The notes: generated by a model from the sequence alone, not told the origin. 32,000 nt of DNA from Mannheimia bovis (GCF_014541205.1 NZ_CP061280.1:666798-698797); one strand, 5' to 3'; shown: positions 1 through 9,935, counted from the stretch's first letter. Numbers and translations: made by a program.

Positions 1-2
1 GT

Positions 3-659
3 TGTTTTCACTGTGATAAATCATTGGCGATTGGTATTCACGGATTTTGTAGTTTTTGCCAAAAACAAATGAAAAGGCAGCCCTACTGTACTCATTGTGG
101 AATGAGTTCGATCGAGTACCGTAATTATTGTGGATATTGTTTAAGAAGTGAGCCTAAGTGGCATAAATTAGTGAGAGTAGGAGAATACAAGCCGCCGCTT
201 TCTCATTGGGTTCATCGATTTAAATTTCAGCAACAATATTGGCTTGATCAGGCTCTTGCTCGGCAATTACTTTTAGCTATAAAGCAAGCTCAACGAGAGC
301 AAGGTTTAAGATTGCCGGAAGTGATTATGCCAGTACCGTTATTTTGGCAGCGATATTGGCAGAGAGGTTTTAATCAAAGTGAATTATTAAGCCGTTGGTT
401 AGCTAAATGGCTCAATATTCCGCTGGATAATCAAAGTTTAATAAGGCAGAGGAAGACCATCTCTCAACGAGATCTTACCGCTGCGGAACGCCGTAAAAAT
501 TTGAAACGGGCTTTTAGCTATCAACCTATCAGAGGGTATAAGCGAGTGGCGATTGTTGATGATGTGCTTACAACAGGTTCAACGTTGAATGCAATTTGTG
601 CTGAATTATTGAAATGGAATGTTGAAGAAATTCAAGTTTGGGTGTTAGCAAGAGCTTAG
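3..659 (+). CDS. comF: ComF/GntX-family competence protein (amidophosphoribosyltransferase fold), 5' end off the window
   Basis: The frame is open from base 3 (CFHCDKS...), so the TTG at 24 is not the true start. It has N-terminal Cys-pair zinc-finger motifs and the C-terminal PRTase motif VAIVDDVLTTGSTL. The protein is collinear with Haemophilus ComF as I remember it. Confidence 0.85.
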   Translation, partial: CFHCDKSLAIGIHGFCSFCQKQMKRQPYCTHCGMSSIEYRNYCGYCLRSEPKWHKLVRVGEYKPPLSHWVHRFKFQQQYWLDQALARQLLLAIKQAQREQGLRLPEVIMPVPLFWQRYWQRGFNQSELLSRWLAKWLNIPLDNQSLIRQRKTISQRDLTAAERRKNLKRAFSYQPIRGYKRVAIVDDVLTTGSTLNAICAELLKWNVEEIQVWVLARA

Positions 660-774
660 TATTATTTCTTTATTTGAAATAATATATTTTAAAATTGATG
701 GATTATCAAATAAATGTTTTCCTTTAAAATACGCCCTCAATTGTTTAGTTACTTTTATTTTTTAAGGAAAGCTT

Positions 775-1185
775 ATGAACTCAACTTTAAACAACTTACA
801 ACCTCTTGCCCTTTTAATTACCCGTATTGTAGCAGGCTATATGTTTTTGCTACACGGTACGGCAAAATTCTTTGAATTTCCGATGTCGATGACAAATGGC
901 AACGGTAGTGTACCTCTTTTCTCAATTTACGGTGCAGCAGGGATTTTAGAAATTGCAGGTGGTATTTTATTTATTTTAGGCTTATTCACTCGTCAAACTG
1001 CATTTTTGCTTTCAGGTATGATGGCGTATGCGTTTTTCATTGTTCACGGTGCACAAGGTAATGTTTTACTTCCATTATTAAACGGTGGTGAATTAGCAGG
1101 TCTTTACTCAGTTTTATTCTTAACTTTTATTTTTATTGGGGCAGGAAAATATTCGCTAGATGCAAAATTATTTGGTAAAGCGTAA
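775..1185 (+). CDS. DoxX-family inner-membrane protein
   Basis: 136 aa with four hydrophobic segments. The N-terminal LLITRIVAGYMFLLHGTAKF signature is typical of DoxX. An AGGAAAG RBS precedes the ATG. Confidence 0.75.
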   Translation: MNSTLNNLQPLALLITRIVAGYMFLLHGTAKFFEFPMSMTNGNGSVPLFSIYGAAGILEIAGGILFILGLFTRQTAFLLSGMMAYAFFIVHGAQGNVLLPLLNGGELAGLYSVLFLTFIFIGAGKYSLDAKLFGKA

Positions 1186-1203
1186 TTCTCATTAGCTTAT
1201 AAT

Positions 1204-1250
1204 ACAAGCGGTCAGATTTTGTAAAAAATTTACTAAATCTGACCGCTTGT
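1204..1250. terminator. Bidirectional rho-independent terminator built from an inverted USS pair
   Basis: ACAAGCGGTCAGATTT ... AAATCTGACCGCTTGT forms a 16 bp perfect stem followed by GTTTTGTTTT. It sits between the convergent genes doxX and dcuB. Confidence 0.8.
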
Positions 1251-1272
1251 GTTTTGTTTTATGTGTATGTAA

Positions 1273-2607
1273 CTAGATTAACACATTTGCGACTGTAATA
1301 CCTACAATACAAGCCGTAATTACACCTACTAAACCCGGAGCCATAAAGCTGTGGTTAAAGTAGTATTTACCGATTTTGGTTGTACCTGTTACGTCAAAGT
1401 TCACTGTTGCGATATCTGACGGATAGTTTGGAATAAAGAAGTAGGCATAGGTAGCCGGCATTAAACCCACTAATAACGGAGCTGGTAAGCCCATTGCAAT
1501 ACCGACCGGTAGTAACATTTTCGCTGTTACCGCTTGGCTATTTACCACCACAGACACCGCAAAGAGTGCGAAAGCAAATGTCCAAGGTTGGGCTTGAACC
1601 ATTTCCATTACACCTGCTTTAAATGCCGGCATTGCGTACGTAAAGTAGGTATCACTCATCCAAGCAATACCGAAAATAGCGATTGCAGCAACCATACCCG
1701 ATTTAAATACAATACCGTTTGGCACTTTTTTCGGGTCGGTTTTGGTAAGCACTAAAATTAAACCACCGAAAGTCAGCATTACGATTTGAATGATTTGATC
1801 CATTCCCGCCACTTTGCCTGTTGCCGCAACTGTTGGTTTAATGCTTGGGAACATTGCAATCACCACAATAGTTGCAATTGCTGCTAAGAATAAGTAAACC
1901 GAATTTTTCGCACTTGCCGGTAATTGTTCATCTAACGAAGTTGCACTGGTTTCTTCAATTTGTTTGCGTAATTCCGGGTCTTGCATACGACGTTGGAATT
2001 CAGGATCGTCCTCAAGCTCTTTACCACGACGTAAGCTATATAAAGACATCGCAATGACACCGCAGAAAGTTGCGGTAATAGTTACCCCTACCACATTTAA
2101 AAGCGTAACGCCTTCAAAGCCCGGTAATTTAGTAATTTCAGTTAAATAATAAGCAACCGCTGCAGATAACGGGCTACCGGTAATCCCTAATTGAGAGGCG
2201 ACAGAGGCTGCTGCCATTGGGCGTTCCGGGCGAATTTTATTTTTTAAGGCGATATCGCCGATAATCGGCATAATGGAGTAAACGGAATGACCTGTACCTA
2301 ACATCAAGGTCATCACATAGGTAACAAGTGGACCTAAGAACGTAATACGTTTAGGATTGTTGCGTAAAATGCGTTCTGCAATCTGCAACATAAATTTTAA
2401 ACCGCCAGCTGCTTCAAGAATGGAAGCACAGGTTACCACGGCTAAAATCACTAACATAACACTGATTGGTGGAGCGGAAAGTGGCATTCCTAAGAAGAAG
2501 ACTTCAACGAATAACCCAATACCTGACACAACCCCTAAACCGATACCACCGTAACGGCTACCAGCGTATAAAAATGCTAATAAAAGCAAAAATTCTGCAT
2601 AAAGCAT
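1273..2607 (-). CDS. dcuB: Anaerobic C4-dicarboxylate transporter, DcuB type
   Basis: 444 aa polytopic protein. The blocks LQIAERILRNNPKRITF and GTGHSVYSIMPIIGDIALKNKIRPERPMAAAS match E. coli DcuB rather than DcuA. A GAGG RBS lies upstream. Confidence 0.9.
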   Translation of the reverse strand: MLYAEFLLLLAFLYAGSRYGGIGLGVVSGIGLFVEVFFLGMPLSAPPISVMLVILAVVTCASILEAAGGLKFMLQIAERILRNNPKRITFLGPLVTYVMTLMLGTGHSVYSIMPIIGDIALKNKIRPERPMAAASVASQLGITGSPLSAAVAYYLTEITKLPGFEGVTLLNVVGVTITATFCGVIAMSLYSLRRGKELEDDPEFQRRMQDPELRKQIEETSATSLDEQLPASAKNSVYLFLAAIATIVVIAMFPSIKPTVAATGKVAGMDQIIQIVMLTFGGLILVLTKTDPKKVPNGIVFKSGMVAAIAIFGIAWMSDTYFTYAMPAFKAGVMEMVQAQPWTFAFALFAVSVVVNSQAVTAKMLLPVGIAMGLPAPLLVGLMPATYAYFFIPNYPSDIATVNFDVTGTTKIGKYYFNHSFMAPGLVGVITACIVGITVANVLI

Positions 2608-2668
2608 AAGAACCTCAATTTAAAAATAATCACTGGAAATAAGTATACTCGAATTATTTTTTTAAACT

Positions 2669-2682
2669 TTGAAATAAATCAA
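2669..2682 (-). promoter_or_regulatory. FNR box (TTGAA-N4-ATCAA) of a class II promoter for dcuB
   Basis: TTGAAATAAATCAA matches 9 of 10 positions of TTGAT-N4-ATCAA. A TATACT -10 hexamer on the minus strand at 2647-2642 places the box centre about 41 bp upstream of the predicted start. Confidence 0.55.
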
Positions 2683-2802
2683 AAATTACTAACTCTAAAG
2701 AGGTGGTTTGATGAAAATTTAATTTCTTTGCTTAGAAAAATAGATTACTAAGCAATTAATAGATAACTCACTTGAAGGCAAACGGTTGCTCTGATAAAAT
2801 TT

Positions 2803-2841
2803 GCGGAACAAAAATTTAACTAAAATGAATAATTATTCATT
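2803..2841 (+). promoter_or_regulatory. Tandem ARG boxes (ArgR operator) upstream of the PhzF-family gene
   Basis: 2824-2841 AATGAATAATTATTCATT is a perfect match to wnTGAATwwwwATTCAnw. A weaker box (GCGGAACAAAAATTTAAC, 2803-2820) lies exactly 3 bp upstream, which is the canonical spacing. Confidence 0.6.
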
Positions 2842-2853
2842 TTAAAAGGTGTT

Positions 2854-3693
2854 ATGAAAAGCTACTTTTACTCATTAATTAATGTTTTCGCACAAAGCCA
2901 TTTTGGTGGCAATCCAGTTGCGGTATTTTATGAAGCAGATGGATTAGATGACAGCCAAATGCAGCTTATCGCCCGTCAGTTTAATCTTTCCGAAGTTGTT
3001 TTTATTCAATCTCCTACCTATTTACAAGCGGTCAAAAAACTCAAAATTTTTACGCCTGATTATGAAATGCCTTTCGCAGGACACCCAACCATTGGTGCAG
3101 CTTTCGTTTTATATTCGCAACTCAATCTGCCTGATGAATACCTTCTTGAAACCAAAGCAGGTTTAGTGGAAATTCAATATCAAAATAATGAAGTTATCTT
3201 TGCATTAAAAAATGGAGCAAAGTTGGAAAGTCCCCCTCTAAGCCGTGCCGAATGTGCCGATATTTTAGGACTTGAGATTAGCGATATCGCTTGTGAACCT
3301 TGCTATGTAAACACCGGCGTAGAGCAGTTGTTGATTGAGTTATCCTCCCCACAAGCGGTCGAAAATTGCAAAATAAATGCAAATTTATTTATAGGTAATA
3401 GAGCCATTAAAGATAGTCTCTATATTTGGCATAGAATGGGAGATAAAGTAAAAGCCCGCTTGTTTTTTACTGCACAAGGTGCGGTAGTGGAAGATCCGGG
3501 AACAGGCTCAGCTGCGGCAAATTTGGGCGGGTGGCATATTGCAAAAGGGCTAACACCATTGAATGTTACTATTTCTCAAGGTGATGAAATAGATAGACCG
3601 AACCGTTTGTCTTTAAGTGTTGATGAGAAACACACTATCTTCGTTGGCGGTAAAGCAATTTTAGTGGGTAAAGGAGAATTTTATTTACCGTAA
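2854..3693 (+). CDS. PhzF-family (YddE-like) isomerase/epimerase
   Basis: 279 aa. The N-terminal [15 protein letters not shown]...[16 protein letters not shown] and the DPGTGSAA motif are typical of the PhzF family. Confidence 0.8.
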   Translation: MKSYFYSLINVFAQSHFGGNPVAVFYEADGLDDSQMQLIARQFNLSEVVFIQSPTYLQAVKKLKIFTPDYEMPFAGHPTIGAAFVLYSQLNLPDEYLLETKAGLVEIQYQNNEVIFALKNGAKLESPPLSRAECADILGLEISDIACEPCYVNTGVEQLLIELSSPQAVENCKINANLFIGNRAIKDSLYIWHRMGDKVKARLFFTAQGAVVEDPGTGSAAANLGGWHIAKGLTPLNVTISQGDEIDRPNRLSLSVDEKHTIFVGGKAILVGKGEFYLP

Positions 3694-3710
3694 AATTTTG
3701 GTTGCCACTA

Positions 3711-3728
3711 ATTGAATTTTTATGCAAT
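3711..3728 (+). promoter_or_regulatory. ARG box immediately upstream of argF
   Basis: ATTGAATTTTTATGCAAT matches 9 of 10 core positions of the ARG box consensus, 43 bp before the argF ATG. It overlaps the ATGCAA-N5-TTGCAT palindrome. Confidence 0.5.
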
Positions 3729-3770
3729 AATTTTGCATATTTTATTTTAATGTTTACAGGGAGAAACAAA

Positions 3771-4775
3771 ATGGCATTTAACTTAAAAAACAGACATTTA
3801 TTAAGTTTAGTAAATCACACCGAGCGTGAAATTCGCTTTTTATTAGACTTGGCTCGTGATTTAAAACGTGCAAAATATGCAGGCACTGAACAGCAGAAGC
3901 TAAAAGGCAAAAATATTGCGTTAATTTTTGAAAAAACCTCCACTCGTACCCGTTGTGCTTTCGAAGTGGCGGCTTACGATCAGGGAGCTCACGTTACTTA
4001 TATTGACCCAACTTCCTCCCAAATTGGGCATAAAGAATCAATGAAAGACACTGCCCGAGTACTAGGCAGAATGTATGATGCTATTCAATATCGAGGCTTT
4101 AAGCAATCGGTAGTACAAGAGTTAGCTGATTATGCAGGTGTGCCAGTATTCAACGGCTTAACCGATGAATTCCACCCAACCCAAATGTTGGCGGACGTTC
4201 TAACGATGATAGAAAACTGCGAGAAACCATTAAGCCAAATTAGCTATGTGTATATTGGTGATGCCCGTAACAATATGGGGAACTCATTATTATTAATCGG
4301 TGCAAAATTAGGTATGGATGTGCGTATTTGTGCTCCGAAAGCCTTATTGCCTGAAGATGCTTTAGTTGAAATGTGCCAAAAATTTGCTGAAGAATCAGGG
4401 GCAAGAATTACTGTGACTGAAGATATTGAGAAAGCGGTTAAAGATGTTGATTTCGTGCATACTGATGTTTGGGTTTCAATGGGCGAACCATTAGACAGCT
4501 GGGGCGAGCGTATTGATTTATTAATGCCTTACCGAGTAACGCCTGAATTAATGAAATTGACAGGCAACCCGAAAGTGAAATTTATGCACTGTTTGCCGGC
4601 GTTTCACAATAGTGAAACTAAAATTGGCAAAGAGATTGCTGAAAAATATCCTGCATTAGCCAATGGCATTGAAGTAACTGAAGAAGTATTTGAATCGCCT
4701 GCTAATGTAGCATTCGAACAAGCGGAAAACAGAATGCACACAATTAAGGCGGTGATGGTTGCAAGTCTAGCTTAA
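3771..4775 (+). CDS. argF: Ornithine carbamoyltransferase
   Basis: Contains [17 protein letters not shown] and HCLPAF motifs and is collinear with E. coli ArgI/ArgF. I chose the ATG at 3771 (GGGAGA RBS) rather than the TTG at 3702 in the ORF track. Confidence 0.93.
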   Translation: MAFNLKNRHLLSLVNHTEREIRFLLDLARDLKRAKYAGTEQQKLKGKNIALIFEKTSTRTRCAFEVAAYDQGAHVTYIDPTSSQIGHKESMKDTARVLGRMYDAIQYRGFKQSVVQELADYAGVPVFNGLTDEFHPTQMLADVLTMIENCEKPLSQISYVYIGDARNNMGNSLLLIGAKLGMDVRICAPKALLPEDALVEMCQKFAEESGARITVTEDIEKAVKDVDFVHTDVWVSMGEPLDSWGERIDLLMPYRVTPELMKLTGNPKVKFMHCLPAFHNSETKIGKEIAEKYPALANGIEVTEEVFESPANVAFEQAENRMHTIKAVMVASLA

Positions 4776-4781
4776 TTTAAT

Positions 4782-4815
4782 AAAAAACGGCTGAAATTTT
4801 CAGCCGTTTGTTTTT
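4782..4815. terminator. Bidirectional terminator between argF and glnA
   Basis: AAACGGCTGAAA / TTTCAGCCGTTT form a perfect stem flanked by an A-run and a T-run, between convergent genes. Confidence 0.8.
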
Positions 4816-4831
4816 GCCCTAAGTTTGTTTA

Positions 4832-6253
4832 TTAAGCGTAGTAAAGTTCAAACTCAACAGGGTGTGGGGTCATATTCACACGCTCAACTTCTTTACGGCG
4901 AATGCCGATGTAAGCATCAATAAATTCTTTAGTGAACACACCACCTTGAGTTAAGAATTCAAAATCATTGCTTAAGGCATCAAGGGCAACTTCTAATGAT
5001 GAAGCAACTGTTGGAATATCTTTCAGCTCTTCCGGCGGTAAGTCGTAAAGGTTTTTATCCATTGCATCGCCCGGGTGGATTTTGTTGATCACACCGTCTA
5101 AACCCGCCATTAATAATGCAGCAAAACATAAGTATGGGTTTGCCATTGGATCTGGGAAGCGAGCTTCCACACGAGTGGCTTTCGGGCTGGTTACTGCCGG
5201 AATACGGATAGAGGCTGAACGGTTACTTGCTGAATAAGCTAATAACACTGGAGCTTCAAAGCCCGGCACTAAACGTTTGTATGAGTTTGTGGTTGGGTTG
5301 GTGAACGCATTTAATGCTTTAGCGTGTTTGATGATACCACCGATATAGTAAAGGGCAGTTTCAGATAAACCTGCGTATTTATCACCCATAAAGACGTTTT
5401 TGCCGTCTTTGCTTAACGACATATTACAGTGCATTCCCGAACCGTTATCGCCTGCGAACGGTTTTGGCATAAAGCAGGCTGTTTTACCGTGTTCAACTGC
5501 TACATTTTGCACGATGTATTTGTAAATTTGGGTTTCGTCCGCTTTTAACGTTAAGCTATTAAAACGGGTTGCGATCTCATTTTGACCCGCAGTTGCCACT
5601 TCGTGGTGGTGAGCTTCGATCACTAAGCCCATTTCTTCCATCAGTAAGCACATTTCTGAGCGAATATCGTGAGCTGTATCAATTGGGGCAATCGCACAGT
5701 AGCCGCCTTTTTTCAATGGGCGATAGCCATTGTTACCGTCTTCAAATTTACGGTTGGTATTCCAAGCGGCTTCAACATCATCAATTTTGTATGAGACATT
5801 GTTCATCTCGGTGCTGAAACGCACATCGTCAAACAGGAAAAATTCCGGCTCAGGTCCGAACATCACGCTGTCGGCAATACCGGTAGATTTTAAATAGTTT
5901 TCTGCACGTTGAGCGATAGAGCGAGGGTCGCGGTCATAAGACTGCATTGTGTTAGGGTCGTAAATTGAACAGCGGATAGTGAGGGTAGGAATGCGAGCGA
6001 AAGGATCAACAACAGCAGTTTCGGCAATTGGCATTAAAAGCATATCGGCTTTATTAATCGCTTTCCAGCCCTCAACGGACGAGCCGTCGAACATTTTGCC
6101 TTCCTCAAATAAGTCTTCAAGATCATTGATGACCAAACTGACTGGTAATGAAACTCCGTGCTCTTTACCTTTAATATCAGTAAATTTTAATAAGACAAAT
6201 TTGATGTCATTGTCTTGAATTAGTTTAGATACGTTAGCGATTGCGTTCGACAT
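4832..6253 (-). CDS. glnA: Glutamine synthetase type I
   Basis: 473 aa with full-length similarity to GlnA ([20 protein letters not shown], and an adenylylation-region-like NLYDLPPEE). Confidence 0.95.
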   Translation of the reverse strand: MSNAIANVSKLIQDNDIKFVLLKFTDIKGKEHGVSLPVSLVINDLEDLFEEGKMFDGSSVEGWKAINKADMLLMPIAETAVVDPFARIPTLTIRCSIYDPNTMQSYDRDPRSIAQRAENYLKSTGIADSVMFGPEPEFFLFDDVRFSTEMNNVSYKIDDVEAAWNTNRKFEDGNNGYRPLKKGGYCAIAPIDTAHDIRSEMCLLMEEMGLVIEAHHHEVATAGQNEIATRFNSLTLKADETQIYKYIVQNVAVEHGKTACFMPKPFAGDNGSGMHCNMSLSKDGKNVFMGDKYAGLSETALYYIGGIIKHAKALNAFTNPTTNSYKRLVPGFEAPVLLAYSASNRSASIRIPAVTSPKATRVEARFPDPMANPYLCFAALLMAGLDGVINKIHPGDAMDKNLYDLPPEELKDIPTVASSLEVALDALSNDFEFLTQGGVFTKEFIDAYIGIRRKEVERVNMTPHPVEFELYYA

Positions 6254-6424
6254 AATATAAGTATTCCTCGTAGCGAAATTAATAAATAAAAAACTCGCAC
6301 ATCATAGCATTTTTTTAGCTGAAAATGTGATGTTTTTTAGTCGCATTTATACAAAAGAAATTTCAGCAGTATTGTCAATTTTTGCTAAAATCAAAAGGAT
6401 TTTTTGGCTAGAGGAAACAAAGTT

Positions 6425-7495
6425 ATGCAACCGATTTATCATATTTTAGGCTCGGATATTCCGCATCATAATCAGCGTGTTTTAACGTTTTTTCAACAAG
6501 AGTTGCTACCTACGTTGCCGTCTTCTTCCTATTATTTTTATGTAGTGGGTAAGGATATGCTTAAAACCTATTTCCCTGATTTGGAGATAACCACTTTTTC
6601 TACTCAAAAACAAATTGCTCAAGCACTCATTGCAAAAAATCAGCAAAATCCGACCGCTTGTTTTATCTTACACGGTCAGTTTAATCTGTGGATCTGGTTT
6701 GCTATTGTGTTAGGAAAATTATCAACAGAAAATATTATCTGGCATATTTGGGGAGCAGATTTATATGAGGTCTCTGCTTCTTGGAAATTTAGATTATTTT
6801 ATCCAATTAGGCGGTTTGCTCAACGTAAGTTAAAGCAGATTTGGGCAACAAGGGGTGATCTGGATTATGTCTGGCGACGTATAAGATCAAGATCGGAACA
6901 AGATCGGTTAATCTATTTCGCAACGAAATTGCCGGATCGACATAGCGTGCAGAGAGTTAAAAATGATCAATTAACTATTTTATTAGGCAATTCAGGCGAT
7001 CCTTCTAATAATCATATTCAAGCATTAAAGGAAATCCAGCAGCGTTTGGGCAACAACGTACGAATTATTGTGCCAATGGGCTATCCGGCAAATAATGAAG
7101 GTTATATTCAGCAAGTGGAAGCTGAGGGCAAGCGGTTATTTTTAGCGGAAAATTTGCAAATTCTGCGAGAAAAATTGGATTTTGACGAATATCTTTTATT
7201 GCTTTCACAATGCGATCTCGGCTATTTTAACTTTGAACGCCAGCAAGGCATTGGTACGATTTGTTTGTTGATCCAACAGAATATTCCCTGCGTGCTACAC
7301 CCGAATAATCTGTTTGGTTTGGATATGCAAGCTGAGCAAGTGCCTTATCTGTTGGCGAAGAATATGACATTTTCAAAAATTCAAGCTGCCAAACAACAAT
7401 TAGGTGATATAAATAAAAACAACATTGCGTTTTTTCCTCAAACTTATCTGAAATTATGGCAAACACAATTAACTGAATTGATACATAATGAATAA
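6425..7495 (+). CDS. wecF: TDP-Fuc4NAc:lipid II Fuc4NAc transferase (ECA synthesis)
   Basis: MQPIYHILGSDIPHHNQRVLTFF, WHIWGADLYE and VPMGYPANNE are collinear with E. coli WecF. The start is set at the ATG aligned with the E. coli N-terminus. Confidence 0.88.
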   Translation: MQPIYHILGSDIPHHNQRVLTFFQQELLPTLPSSSYYFYVVGKDMLKTYFPDLEITTFSTQKQIAQALIAKNQQNPTACFILHGQFNLWIWFAIVLGKLSTENIIWHIWGADLYEVSASWKFRLFYPIRRFAQRKLKQIWATRGDLDYVWRRIRSRSEQDRLIYFATKLPDRHSVQRVKNDQLTILLGNSGDPSNNHIQALKEIQQRLGNNVRIIVPMGYPANNEGYIQQVEAEGKRLFLAENLQILREKLDFDEYLLLLSQCDLGYFNFERQQGIGTICLLIQQNIPCVLHPNNLFGLDMQAEQVPYLLAKNMTFSKIQAAKQQLGDINKNNIAFFPQTYLKLWQTQLTELIHNE

Positions 7496-8753
7496 TTTAC
7501 TGTTTCTTGGCGGATTTTACCTCGTTTCCGTAGGGCTATTTTTAACCGTACTTTATCGGCTTTATCAGAAATCGGGCTTTACTTTCCATTTACTGTTCAG
7601 TCTGATCTATTTTATTACCTTTTACGCAGGCTTCCCGCTTTCTCTCGCAATGGCATTAGGCTTTGATTACTTACTCCCAAACATTGAACATCAATGGTTG
7701 GTGTTCGCAACAAGTGGAGCAGGCTATTTGATTTATTATGTGGTTTATTCTTACTGCTGCCGTTTCTCACTGCCATTTCAGACTACATCTGCAAATTTTC
7801 AGGCAAAAATAACCGCTTGTATGTTGGCGTTAGTTGCCATTTCAACGTTATTCTACTTCCTTTATTTAAACGGTTTCCTCTTCTTTAAATTAGAAAAGTA
7901 TAGCCAGCTGTTCGCTAAAGATTGGGTGGTACTTTCAGCATTAAAACGTTTTTTCTACTTTTTATTGCCGGCTCTGCTGATTTTCTTCTTCTTATGTAGG
8001 AACAAAAAAGCGTGGTGGACTGTGCTGATTATCGGCGGATTATTTGGCTTATTAACTTATTTCGCTGTAGGTGGTACAAGGGCAAATTTAGCATTGGCGG
8101 TGGCATTTTTCTTGCTGATTGGTTTGCAGCAAAAGTATCTTTCGCTATCCACTGTAGTTTGGCTAGGGTTAAGTGGTGTAATCGCAATGTTTTTCCTCGC
8201 TCTCGCTCGCTATAAATTAGATCTTTCTGTCGGTGAAACCATTTACACTTTCTTATATTTAAGCCGCGATACTTTTTCGCCTTGGGAAAATCTTGCTCTC
8301 TTATTATCTTCTGATGTGGAATATCAAGGTTTGATGCCGATTATACGGGATTTCTATGTTTATATTCCGCAATCTGTTTGGCAAGAACGCCCCGATATTG
8401 CTTGGAACACGGCAAATTATTTCACTAAAGTGATTTTGGGGAATCATTCAGGCTTAGCTATTTCGCCCACATTATTAGGTTCTTTCTATATTATGGGTGG
8501 ATTTGGGTTGATCGCGATTGGAATGGCGGTTGTGGCGTTTTTGATTAAAATGTTAGATAACTTTTTTACCTATGGAAAAGCAGTCAATTCCGCATTAATT
8601 CAGGCATATTGTTTCGGTAATTTGTTCAACTTGATTGTTTTAGTCCGAGAGGGAATGGACGCTTTTGTCTCTCGCTTCCTCTTTTTTACGATTGTTTTTG
8701 CCGCTTGTTGGCTATTAGCGAAGTTAATAGGTAGGAAACAAGATGTTCGATAA
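7488..8753 (+). CDS. wzyE: ECA polymerase
   Basis: 421 aa polytopic membrane protein lying between wecF and wecG as in Enterobacterales. Its ATGA overlaps the wecF stop. Confidence 0.8.
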   Translation: MNNLLFLGGFYLVSVGLFLTVLYRLYQKSGFTFHLLFSLIYFITFYAGFPLSLAMALGFDYLLPNIEHQWLVFATSGAGYLIYYVVYSYCCRFSLPFQTTSANFQAKITACMLALVAISTLFYFLYLNGFLFFKLEKYSQLFAKDWVVLSALKRFFYFLLPALLIFFFLCRNKKAWWTVLIIGGLFGLLTYFAVGGTRANLALAVAFFLLIGLQQKYLSLSTVVWLGLSGVIAMFFLALARYKLDLSVGETIYTFLYLSRDTFSPWENLALLLSSDVEYQGLMPIIRDFYVYIPQSVWQERPDIAWNTANYFTKVILGNHSGLAISPTLLGSFYIMGGFGLIAIGMAVVAFLIKMLDNFFTYGKAVNSALIQAYCFGNLFNLIVLVREGMDAFVSRFLFFTIVFAACWLLAKLIGRKQDVR

Positions 8754-9465
8754 CGTCATTATTCGTGGAATTAGGTTACAAGCGGTTAAAAATCAGAAAA
8801 TTTTTGCAAATTTTTTAATGAATGAGCAGGGTATTCAACAAGGAAGGTTGATCGCCATTAATGCGGAAAAAGTGATTAATGCGGAAAAAAATCCTCAGCT
8901 ACGCAGAGTGATTGATAACGCTGAATTTAACTACGCAGATGGGATTAGCATTGTTCAATCAATAAAAAAGAAATATCCCAATATGGAAATAGAACGAATT
9001 GCGGGAGCAGATTTATGGGAAGTGCTAATGCAAAAAGCGGGGGAGTTGAATATACCTGTTTTTTTAGTAGGTAGCACTTCTGAGAATTTAACGTTAATTG
9101 AAGCTAAGTTAGCAAAATGGAATGTTAATATTGTCGGCACGCATCACGGATATTTTAATGCCGAAGATGAACACTCTCTTATTACCCAAATTAAGCAAAG
9201 TGAAGCGAAATTTATCAGTGTTGCAATGGGAACGCCAAAGCAAGAGCTATTTATTCAAAAAGTCTATAAAGAATATCCGCAGGCTCTCTATATGGGGGTA
9301 GGGGGAACTTACGATGTTTTTACCGGAAAGGCAAAAAGAGCACCTAAAATCTGGCAAAATTTAGGACTGGAGTGGTTGTATCGCTTATTACGTCAGCCTA
9401 CACGTTGGCAACGACAACTCAATTTGCTTAAATATGCTTATTATTATGTAACGAATCAGCTCTAA
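8743..9465 (+). CDS. wecG: UDP-ManNAcA transferase (WecG/TagA/CpsF family)
   Basis: 240 aa with ADGISIV, VFLVGS and GLEWLYRLLRQPTRW motifs of the WecG family. It overlaps the wzyE end by 11 nt. Confidence 0.88.
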   Translation: MFDNVIIRGIRLQAVKNQKIFANFLMNEQGIQQGRLIAINAEKVINAEKNPQLRRVIDNAEFNYADGISIVQSIKKKYPNMEIERIAGADLWEVLMQKAGELNIPVFLVGSTSENLTLIEAKLAKWNVNIVGTHHGYFNAEDEHSLITQIKQSEAKFISVAMGTPKQELFIQKVYKEYPQALYMGVGGTYDVFTGKAKRAPKIWQNLGLEWLYRLLRQPTRWQRQLNLLKYAYYYVTNQL

Positions 9466-9550
9466 AAATCAGCATATTTGCTATTTATTACACGTTTTGA
9501 ATAAAATAAAGCCAAACAAGATGTTTTTTTTAATTTTTTTGAAAAAGTGC

Positions 9551-9579
9551 TAGACAAGGAAGTTGGAAATCTATAATAT
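9551..9579 (+). promoter_or_regulatory. Candidate stable-RNA promoter for the tRNA-rrn transcription unit
   Basis: TAGACA (5 of 6 -35 positions) is followed by TATAAT at 15 bp or TAATAT at 17 bp. A GC-rich discriminator (ACGCCTCC) follows, and an A/T-rich UP-like tract lies at 9517-9548. Confidence 0.45.
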
Positions 9580-9621
9580 ACGCCTCCGTTGCGACGCATT
9601 AACTTATTGATGTAAATCAAA

Positions 9622-9698
<77 letters not shown>

Positions 9699-9726
9699 GT
9701 TGTCAATGCAGCACTATCAACAAAAT

Positions 9727-9803
9727 GGTGGCTATAGCTCAGTTGGTAGAGCCCTGGATTGTGATTCCAGTTGTCGTGGGTTCGAATCCCATTAGCCACC
9801 CCA
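9727..9803 (+). tRNA. hisR: tRNA-His (GTG)
   Basis: Has the extra G-1, acceptor GTGGCTA/TAGCCAC, anticodon loop ATTGTGATT and encoded CCA. Confidence 0.93.
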
Positions 9804-9835
9804 TTTCAAATATACTCTTTAATTAGAGTAGCTGA

Positions 9836-9912
9836 CGGCGAGTAGCGCAGCTTGGTAGCGCAACTGGTTTGGGACCAGTGGGTCGTAGGTTCAAATCCTA
9901 TCTCGCCGACCA
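9836..9912 (+). tRNA. proM: tRNA-Pro (TGG)
   Basis: Acceptor CGGCGAG/CTCGCCG, anticodon loop TTTGGGA and encoded CCA. Confidence 0.93.
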
Positions 9913-9922
9913 CTTTTTATTT

Positions 9923-9935
9923 TGCTCTTTAACAA
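9923..9935 (+). promoter_or_regulatory. rrn leader antitermination boxA (followed by boxC-like TGTGTGGG)
   Basis: TGCTCTTTAACAA matches the E. coli boxA exactly. The next ~35 nt (TTTATCAGACAATCTGTGTGGGCAC) are almost identical to the E. coli rrn leader. Confidence 0.85.

Noticed and set aside
1534-2554. Plus-strand ORFs antisense to dcuB, and similar antisense or alternate-frame ORFs inside glnA, wzyE, wecG, lpxH, holB, ppa, trpS, gph, lgt, the TSUP gene, rppH and the receptor gene
   Set aside because: All are short and fully embedded in well-supported genes. They lack RBS signals and have odd composition, so they are shadow ORFs.
3702-3770. N-terminal extensions in the ORF track for argF (3702), wecF (6404), the DUF1523-like gene (19077), tmk (21485), the M48 gene (23599), trpS (25617) and holB (20820)
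   Set aside because: In each case an internal ATG has a proper RBS and aligns with the conserved N-terminus of the family. The extension often crosses an upstream terminator or gene.
6254-6424. A sigma-54/NtrC-type glnA promoter (TGGCAC-N5-TTGCA)
   Set aside because: No such motif is visible on the glnA strand. I also could not assign a confident sigma-70 promoter, so the region is left unannotated.
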